A stretch of 63,556 nt of DNA, filler included. It is 7 parts of 7 records of this genome, joined end to end, with 100 filler letters (N's around TTAATTAATTAA, not from the genome) between each part and the next. Parts side by side here need not be neighbours in the genome. Positions count along the whole stretch, not along the records: positions 54,763 to 63,556 come from DRR723986_16854; 6 more parts are not named here. One strand, given 5' to 3'. A model generated the notes under the pieces. The model did not search any database. It saw nothing but the letters and a program-made list of their open reading frames with translations, and was not told the origin of the DNA. The position numbers and the translations under genes were made by a program. This document shows, one piece after another, positions 56,950 to 63,556 of this stretch. How positions within the stretch are numbered: position 1 is the stretch's first letter; every line of letters starts with the position of its first letter.

Positions 56950-57651
56950 ATGACCACGCATTCTCCTGTACTGGTTGCACTCGATGTCGCAACGGAAGAA
57001 GAGCTTCTTAAACTTGTTGATCAGCTTGACCCCGGCGAGTGTCGCGTCAAGGTGGGTAAAGAGCTGTTTACCCTATTTGGACCTAAGGTCTTGGATATCC
57101 TGCACCAACGCGGTTTCGAGGTATTCCTGGATCTGAAATTCCACGACATTCCCAACACTGTGGCGGCGGCTGTGAGAGCGGCGGCTGAGCGCGGTGTGTG
57201 GATGGTCAATGTTCATGCCAGCGGCGGCTCGGCAATGATGAAGGCGGCGCGTGAGGCCTTGCAGCCCTATGGTGACAAGGCGCCGATTCTTATTGCGGTG
57301 ACGGTACTGACATCCATGGGTGAGAATGAGCTGTCAGAGCTGGGCGTCGAGCGCAGCGCCGCTGAGCAAGTGAGCCATCTCGCCCGTTTGGCCCAAGACA
57401 GTGGCATGGACGGTGTGGTTTGCTCTGCACAGGAAGCCGAGAAACTCAGAGCAGAGCGTGGGGATGGTTTCTTGCTGGTTACGCCGGGTATTCGCCCCCG
57501 CGATAGTGCTAGCGATGATCAGCAACGCATTGCCACGCCGGAGGACGCCGTGCGAATGGGCAGCAACTATTTGGTTGTTGGTCGTCCAATTAGTCGCGCC
57601 GCCGAGCCCTTGGCCGCGCTACGTGATATTAACCGAGCACTCGGTGTCTGA
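56950..57651 (+). CDS. pyrF: Orotidine-5'-phosphate decarboxylase
   Basis: [35 protein letters not shown]. Confidence 0.97.
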   Translation: MTTHSPVLVALDVATEEELLKLVDQLDPGECRVKVGKELFTLFGPKVLDILHQRGFEVFLDLKFHDIPNTVAAAVRAAAERGVWMVNVHASGGSAMMKAAREALQPYGDKAPILIAVTVLTSMGENELSELGVERSAAEQVSHLARLAQDSGMDGVVCSAQEAEKLRAERGDGFLLVTPGIRPRDSASDDQQRIATPEDAVRMGSNYLVVGRPISRAAEPLAALRDINRALGV

Positions 57652-57721
57652 GCTCACTCGGACGTCGATCGGTGATAATGCCTTTTCAAATTGAATTACG
57701 AATACAGGGAATAGAGCAGTA

Positions 57722-58693
57722 ATGGCGGTAATTGATGTATTTAATGGCGATGCTGACGGACTGTGTGCGCTGGTGCAGTTAAGGTTAGCCGACCCCCAGG
57801 AAAGCCAACTCGTCAGCGGTGTTAAGCGGGATATCGCCCTGCTTAATCGCGTAGAGGCTGGTGAGGGGGACCGGGTAACCGTGTTGGACGTGTCGCTTGA
57901 TAAAAACCGGGAAGGGTTAACTGCATTGCTGGCCAATGGGGCAGAGGTGTTCTACGTCGACCACCACTTTGCTGGAGATATTCCGGAGCACGCGAAGCTG
58001 TCTACAAAAATCAATACTGCTGCAGACGTCTGCACGAGCTTACTGGTAAACGGGCATCTGCAAGGTGAATACGCCCTGTGGGCAATTGTCGGCGCTTATG
58101 GCGACAACCTGCGCAAGAGCGCGCAAACCTTGGCTGCACAGCAAAATGTTGCCGAGGCGGACCTCGAAAAACTTGAGAATCTGGGAATTTATCTCAACTA
58201 CAACGGCTACGGTGCCAGTTTGGATGATCTCCATTTCACACCCACAGAGCTGTTTGCAGAGTTGCTGCCGTTCAGCAACCCCCTCGACTTTATTGCCGAT
58301 TCGGCAGGCACGTTTCGCAAGCTGGAGTCGGGCTACCACAGTGATATGACCGCCGCCGCGCAATTGCCGCCGGTTCGCAGCAGTGATATTGCGGCGGTTT
58401 ACGTATTACCTAATGAGCGCTGGGCGCGCCGCGTGAGTGGTGTATACAGCAACGACCTTGCCAACGCTCACCCGGACCGGGCCCATGCGGTGCTCACTGA
58501 AAAAGCCGATGGTAACTATCTGGTTAGCATTCGCGCGCCGCTCAACAACAAACGCGGCGCTGATGAGTTTTGCCGTCAATTCCCAACAGGCGGCGGACGA
58601 GCCGCAGCGGCGGGTATTAACGACTTGGCCGGTGATACGCTCGAACATTTTTGCGAGCAGTTCGAGACATTCTACCGGAGCCTAGCTGACTAA
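57722..58693 (+). CDS. DHH/DHHA1-family phosphoesterase
   Basis: NGDADG (DxD), VLD, YVDHH, C-terminal SIR...GGGRAAAAG. Confidence 0.85.
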   Translation: MAVIDVFNGDADGLCALVQLRLADPQESQLVSGVKRDIALLNRVEAGEGDRVTVLDVSLDKNREGLTALLANGAEVFYVDHHFAGDIPEHAKLSTKINTAADVCTSLLVNGHLQGEYALWAIVGAYGDNLRKSAQTLAAQQNVAEADLEKLENLGIYLNYNGYGASLDDLHFTPTELFAELLPFSNPLDFIADSAGTFRKLESGYHSDMTAAAQLPPVRSSDIAAVYVLPNERWARRVSGVYSNDLANAHPDRAHAVLTEKADGNYLVSIRAPLNNKRGADEFCRQFPTGGGRAAAAGINDLAGDTLEHFCEQFETFYRSLAD

Positions 58694-58694
58694 A

Positions 58695-60467
58695 ATGCTC
58701 ACTCTGGATGCTTGGCTGACACTGGCAGTGATCGCCGCCTGTTTGGCGGCACTGATTTTCAGCCGGCGACCCGCTGACATGGTGCTGTGTGGTGGTGTCA
58801 CCGTGCTGTTGCTGCTGGGCGTCCTAACGCCTGAAGAGGCGCTGGCGGGCATGTCCAATGAGGGTATGGTCACGGTGGGCGTGTTGTTTATTGTTGCCCA
58901 AGCCCTGTCAGAGACCGGTGTGGTGAGCTGGATTTCCAACAACGTGCTGGGGCGCCCCAAATCGGCCGGTGCTGCACAGCTGCGTTTGATGACGCCGGTG
59001 GCGGTATTTAGCAGTATTTTGAATAACACGCCGGTAGTCGCGATGTTAATCCCCGCGGTGCGGGACTGGGCAAAGCGCAATGGCTTGTCGGCCTCACAAT
59101 TGATGATGCCGCTGAGTTACGCCGCCATTGTTGGCGGTACCTGTACCCTGGTTGGCACCAGCACCAACTTGGTGGTGAACGGCATGATGCTGCAGGTACT
59201 CCCTGAGCAAGGGCTGGGCATGTTTGAACTGGCCTGGATCGGTGTGCCCTGCACCGTGCTGGTGATTCTGTTCATACTGTTATTTTCTAGGCGGTTACTG
59301 CCTGATCGTGGTGGTCAGGACGAGCGCTTTGGCGATACTCGTCAATACATCGTCGAAATGTTGGTCGAGCCGGGGAGTCCGGTGGTGGGGCAAAGCATCG
59401 AAGAAGCGGGACTGCGGCAACTGCCGGGTATGTTTCTCGTCGAGATCGTGCGTGCTCAGCAAATAATCACCGCTGTTTCGCCTAATGAAAAATTGCTTGC
59501 GAATGATCAGTTGGTATTTGCTGGAGACGTCCGTTCCGTTGTTGACCTAAAAAATGTTCACGGTTTAAAACTGGCGGAGAAACAGGTCTTTAAGCTTGAG
59601 GCCGGCAACTTAAACCGGTGTTTGGTTGAGGTGGTGATTTCACACAACTTCCCCCAGCTTGGCCGGCGCGTGCGTGATATGCGCTTTCGTAATCATTATG
59701 GTGCCGTTGTTATCGCGGTGTCCCGCAATGGCGAGCAACTAAAGGGAAAGTTAGGGGATATCGAGCTGGAGGCGGGCGATACGCTTTTGCTCGAAGCCCA
59801 TGAGGACTTTGTTAGTAACCAGCGTTATTCGCGCGATTTTCTATTGGTGAGCGCCATTGAAAATTCTCGCCCTGTTCGTCATGAGCATCGCCTGCGTGCT
59901 TCGCTGATCATGTTGGGGATGGTCCTCAGTGTCGCATTTGGCTGGTTATCGATGCTTAAAGCCGCATTTTTGGCAGCGAGTTTAATGATCCTGACACGAT
60001 GCATACAGGCGAATGAAGCCCGCCGCAGTGTCGATTGGCAGGTGCTATTGGTAATCGCGTCTTCGATTGCTTTGGGTGGGGCGATGGAGAAAACCGGCGC
60101 GGCGTCAGCCATAGCGGAAGGCCTCGTTAACATCGCTGCGGGTTCGCCGGTCGCGACATTGGCGGCAATTTTTCTCGTGACAGCGTTGTTCTCCGCGGTG
60201 ATTTCCAATCTTGCTGCGGCGGTTATTGTGTTCCCCATCGCCCTAGCGGCCAGTCAGCAGCTAGAGGTCAGTCTATTACCTTTCGCGGTAACCTTGATGA
60301 TGGCCGCATCGGCAAGTTTTGCCACGCCGATTGGCTATCAAACTAACCTGATGGTGTACGGCCCTGGGAACTATCGCTTTACCGATTTTTTCAAAATGGG
60401 GGTGCCGTTAACGGCGCTGGTAGGCGCGATGACGCTGCTGATCGTCCCACTCGTCTGGCCGTTTTAA
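58695..60467 (+). CDS. SLC13/DASS permease with two TrkA-C domains
   Basis: LNNTPVV, GGTCTLVGTSTN, central TrkA-C pair, ISNLAA, FATPIGYQTN. Confidence 0.92.
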   Translation: MLTLDAWLTLAVIAACLAALIFSRRPADMVLCGGVTVLLLLGVLTPEEALAGMSNEGMVTVGVLFIVAQALSETGVVSWISNNVLGRPKSAGAAQLRLMTPVAVFSSILNNTPVVAMLIPAVRDWAKRNGLSASQLMMPLSYAAIVGGTCTLVGTSTNLVVNGMMLQVLPEQGLGMFELAWIGVPCTVLVILFILLFSRRLLPDRGGQDERFGDTRQYIVEMLVEPGSPVVGQSIEEAGLRQLPGMFLVEIVRAQQIITAVSPNEKLLANDQLVFAGDVRSVVDLKNVHGLKLAEKQVFKLEAGNLNRCLVEVVISHNFPQLGRRVRDMRFRNHYGAVVIAVSRNGEQLKGKLGDIELEAGDTLLLEAHEDFVSNQRYSRDFLLVSAIENSRPVRHEHRLRASLIMLGMVLSVAFGWLSMLKAAFLAASLMILTRCIQANEARRSVDWQVLLVIASSIALGGAMEKTGAASAIAEGLVNIAAGSPVATLAAIFLVTALFSAVISNLAAAVIVFPIALAASQQLEVSLLPFAVTLMMAASASFATPIGYQTNLMVYGPGNYRFTDFFKMGVPLTALVGAMTLLIVPLVWPF

Positions 60468-60474
60468 CCGCTGT

Positions 60475-60807
60475 TCAGCGCTGACAGTATCGCTCAGTAA
60501 CGCCCGTAACGTTGTTGTTTTTCTCGAGTGTACGATGGTCGGTCACGGCAACGGCGACATCAATATTCGTGAAGCCATTTTGTACCAGTAGCTGGCAGGC
60601 TGCTTTGGCAAGGCTTTTGGCTTTGATCCGCTCGGTATTCGCGCTGAGCATCAGCCGGTTGTAGCGAAGCCATACGGCCTTGTGAGTAGCAAAGGCCGGG
60701 GTATTTTCAAAGTAACGTTGCATCGCCGTATGGCCGTCGCTAAAGGTGGGCTCTGCCATTCCTGAATACGGCAGAAGCAGCGCCATCGTTATTATCAAAT
60801 ATTTCAT
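60475..60807 (-). CDS. Hypothetical exported protein (110 aa)
   Basis: MKYLIITMALLLP signal peptide, RBS GAGG/AGGA, two Cys. Confidence 0.7.
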   Translation of the reverse strand: MKYLIITMALLLPYSGMAEPTFSDGHTAMQRYFENTPAFATHKAVWLRYNRLMLSANTERIKAKSLAKAACQLLVQNGFTNIDVAVAVTDHRTLEKNNNVTGVTERYCQR

Positions 60808-60970
60808 TCCTACCTCAGCAACCCATTGCCAGGGGCAGTGTACCGCGTTAGTGCCTGAACCGGGAGCCTCCACAGCGGAGACTAGTTTGGGGCTGCTATG
60901 GCATTGATTGCTTTTATTGTGTCGTTATACTGATCCCCACCACTGAACAATAACAATAAACCGTTGTGGA

Positions 60971-63463
60971 GTGACTATGTCTCCAAGATTGCTATCGGCC
61001 GTGCAAGGTTTGGCTTGCGCCGCTATTTTGTTTCCTCTGTCATTTAGCTTGCATTCCGCGACCTTGGAAGAGGTCATCGTGACAGCGCAGCTGCGAGAGC
61101 AGAGCCTTCAAGATGTGCCTGTTTCTGTCAATGCGGTATCCGGCGAGAAACTGTTGGAGGCAGGGTTGAATAAGATTCAAGATCTCCAAGCCTATGTGCC
61201 GAATCTGACCATGTCAGAGAACGGTATTGGCACAGCCATATATATTCGCGGTATCGGCTCTGGAATTAATCAGGGGTTTGAACAGTCGGTGGGCATGTAT
61301 GTGGATGGCGTTTACTACGGCCGCGCCCAGTTAGCGAGAGCGCCGTTTTTGGACCTTGCCCGCGTTGAAGTGCTGCGAGGCCCGCAGAATATCCTGTACG
61401 GAAAAAACAGTATTGCCGGGGCGATTAGCATTATCACAGCCAGCCCGGGAGACGAATTCGAGGGTTTTGTGTCGGCGGTCTACGAGCCGGAGTTTGATGA
61501 GGAGGTTATCGATCTTGCCCTGTCCGGGCCCATCAGTGACGCGATAGGCTTGCGCTTTGCAGCGCGAAAACGCGAGTTTGGTGGGTATATAGAAAATCTC
61601 ACCTTGGGTCGAGACGAGCCTAACTATTCAGAAGAAACCGTCCGCCTCAAAGTACTTTGGGAAGCCTCAGACGAACTGAGCCTGAGTGCGAAAATCGAGA
61701 TTGGTAGTTTTGATGTGCTCGGCCGCCAAGTGGAGATCATTAACGACCAGCCTTCCGAAAGCACTAACCCGCTGTTTACCGGGCGTACTTACGCTGAGAT
61801 TGCCGATAGCACCCAAGTGCCGGGTGTGTTGGATATCGATAGTCACGACTCTGTACGCAATAACTTCCAGGACTTTAAGCGCTCTTCAAACGGTGACTAC
61901 AGCAACAACGACACCATCAATGTGACCGTCAACGCTGATTGGTTTCGCGGTGGTCATCAGTTTACTGCGACGACGGCCTACGTTGCCTATGAATACGACG
62001 ATCTCTGCGACTGTGACTTTACCGCCGCCGAGGGCTTTAAGCTGGTACTACAGGAAGACTATGAGCAGTTCAGTCAGGAGTTTCGTTGGATGTCCCCCAT
62101 CGACGGCAACTGGGAATACATCGCTGGCTTGTATTTTCAGAAGAACTCGCTGTATTTTTTCGACAGCATCATCGTTGACTCAGACCTGATCGTGCAACTG
62201 CTCAACGCTGCTGATGCCACAGAAGGAGGCGCGCGGGGTGATCGCGACCCAAATCCCTTGGGTGGCTCGCCGGAGGAAATTCTCGGCATTGGTGATGCCG
62301 GTAATGCGATAGCGGGTTTAACCTCACCACGTGATTTTAACAGCGACTCCCTGCTGGGCTCAGGCTTTATGCAAGCGACCTGGAAGCTGCGCGACGACCT
62401 GCGCCTAACGTTTGGTGGGCGATACACCTATGAGCGCAAGACCGGTAGCCGCGAGTTTCGCTTCGGCAACCTGGACTACAGCGACCGCCCTTTCGGCGAG
62501 ACCGATACCGTTGCCGCGATCAGCTTTGCCGCCGAGCGCCACGACCTTAGCGGCAAGCGAACGGAGTCCCAGCTATCGCCGTCCATTAACCTCCAATTCG
62601 ACGTCACCCCGGATGTGATGACCTACATCACCTGGAGCCGGGGCTTCAAATCTGGTGGATACGACGCTCGTTCCAACGCCTCGCCCAGTGCAGAGCCGGT
62701 TCCGCGCAACCCCAATGCTCCAGCGGATCCGAGTCCTCGTCCGGTATTGATTGGTACCTTTGAGTACGAAGAAGAAGAGTCCGAAAGTATTGAGCTTGGC
62801 GCAAAAATGTCACTGTTTGACGGCGCCGCAGAGTTTAATATCGCACTGTTCAATACCCGCTACGACAACCTTCAAGTCAGCATCTTTGACGGCACACTCG
62901 GCTTTAATGTCGGCAATGCCGCCAGTGCGGTAACTCAGGGCATAGAGCTCGACGGGCGCTGGCAGGTGACCGAGACTCTGATGTTGGCCGGCGCTCTCGC
63001 ACTGCTTGATTTCGAGTTTGAAGACTACGAAAACGGTCAGTGTTTGGCGGGCCAGGCTCCCACCGCTGCTGACGGCATTAACTGTGATTACAGCGGCATG
63101 ACTAACCAGTACGTTGCCGATTGGGCTGGCAATCTGCTAGCGGTATGGCGGGTGCCCATCAGCGATACGCTGGGTATGGCAATTAGCCTGGACGCGATAT
63201 TTACCGACGACTACAACCCGGCGCAAAACCTCGATCCTGCAGTAGATCAAGAGGGCTATGTGAAATGGAATGGGCGCATTGGTATTGGCGCTATTGATGA
63301 AACCTGGGATGTCGCTCTCGTGGGCAAAAACCTCACGGATGAAACCGTTATTACCTATGCCAGCGATACCCCCACGTCCTACACAATATTCGGTTCAAAG
63401 GGGCACTACGCCTTTCTCGAATCACCCCGCAGCATTGCCTTGCAGGCGAATTATCATTGGTGA
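60971..63463 (+). CDS. TonB-dependent receptor
   Basis: LEEVIVTA TonB box, QDVPVSV, IRGIG, RVEVLRGPQ..LYGKN plug, RGFKSGG, terminal aromatic residue; start may be the ATG at 60977. Confidence 0.95.
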   Translation: MTMSPRLLSAVQGLACAAILFPLSFSLHSATLEEVIVTAQLREQSLQDVPVSVNAVSGEKLLEAGLNKIQDLQAYVPNLTMSENGIGTAIYIRGIGSGINQGFEQSVGMYVDGVYYGRAQLARAPFLDLARVEVLRGPQNILYGKNSIAGAISIITASPGDEFEGFVSAVYEPEFDEEVIDLALSGPISDAIGLRFAARKREFGGYIENLTLGRDEPNYSEETVRLKVLWEASDELSLSAKIEIGSFDVLGRQVEIINDQPSESTNPLFTGRTYAEIADSTQVPGVLDIDSHDSVRNNFQDFKRSSNGDYSNNDTINVTVNADWFRGGHQFTATTAYVAYEYDDLCDCDFTAAEGFKLVLQEDYEQFSQEFRWMSPIDGNWEYIAGLYFQKNSLYFFDSIIVDSDLIVQLLNAADATEGGARGDRDPNPLGGSPEEILGIGDAGNAIAGLTSPRDFNSDSLLGSGFMQATWKLRDDLRLTFGGRYTYERKTGSREFRFGNLDYSDRPFGETDTVAAISFAAERHDLSGKRTESQLSPSINLQFDVTPDVMTYITWSRGFKSGGYDARSNASPSAEPVPRNPNAPADPSPRPVLIGTFEYEEEESESIELGAKMSLFDGAAEFNIALFNTRYDNLQVSIFDGTLGFNVGNAASAVTQGIELDGRWQVTETLMLAGALALLDFEFEDYENGQCLAGQAPTAADGINCDYSGMTNQYVADWAGNLLAVWRVPISDTLGMAISLDAIFTDDYNPAQNLDPAVDQEGYVKWNGRIGIGAIDETWDVALVGKNLTDETVITYASDTPTSYTIFGSKGHYAFLESPRSIALQANYHW

Positions 63464-63486
63464 GGGAGGCATAAACAGCGGGCAAC

Positions 63487-63520
63487 AAAAAAGGGCTACA
63501 TCTTTCGATGTAGCCCTTTT
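63487..63520. terminator. Bidirectional intrinsic terminator
   Basis: AAAAAAGGGCTACATC-TTTC-GATGTAGCCCTTTT between the convergent TBDR and tRNA. Confidence 0.9.
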
Positions 63521-63527
63521 ACTTGTT

Positions 63528-63556
63528 TGGCTCCGCCTGCTGGGCTCGAACCAGCG
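63528..63556 (-). tRNA. 3' end of a tRNA, probably tRNA-Asn (anticodon outside the window)
   Basis: Minus strand CGCTGG-TTCGAGC-CCAGC-AGGCGGA-G-CCA: T-arm, acceptor strand, G discriminator and CCA. Confidence 0.85.

Noticed and set aside
57722-63556. Genomic island integrated at the tRNA 3' end
   Set aside because: No integrase, no duplicated tRNA 3' end and no obvious composition shift

Overview
This window is not one genome region. It is seven unrelated contigs joined by six identical 100-nt artificial linkers (44 N + TTAATTAATTAA + 44 N), so it looks like a concatenated metagenome, probably marine. (1) 1-15055: AT-rich Bacteroidota housekeeping region with glmS, DUF4270, a GT5 half-enzyme, panC, a TPR kinase/NarL regulator pair, metK, a YqaA protein, a large T9SS-secreted adhesin, rnc, fabF and acpP. 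(2) 15156-21828: GC-rich alphaproteobacterial contig with a DeoR regulator plus ABC ATPase, divergent from a Pho-box-preceded alkaline phosphatase. The phosphatase is followed by a Tat/CxxC protein, a LolD/MacB-type ABC transporter and a His-rich PCuAC-fold protein that has lost its copper ligands. This is the best candidate for an undescribed system, a putative metal-loading apparatus for the phosphatase. (3) 21929-29804: ordinary nuoF-M operon fragment. (4) 29905-35690: Rhodobacteraceae-like methylamine/betaine oxidoreductases, DedA and an M48 fragment. (5) 35791-43231: early and regulatory region of a prophage/ICE-like element with an AAA ATPase, an AlpA-like HTH, helically phased repeats, a candidate LexA box, a CI-like repressor, an orphan gene and RecD2. 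(6) 43332-54662: Hyphomonas-like core region including a candidate sRNA and a histone-H1-like KKPAA protein. (7) 54763-63556: gammaproteobacterial rpsA-ihfB-lapAB-pyrF, a DHH/SLC13 pair, a TonB-dependent receptor and the 3' end of a tRNA. All taxon and family calls come from recognising motifs by eye; no database searches were run.
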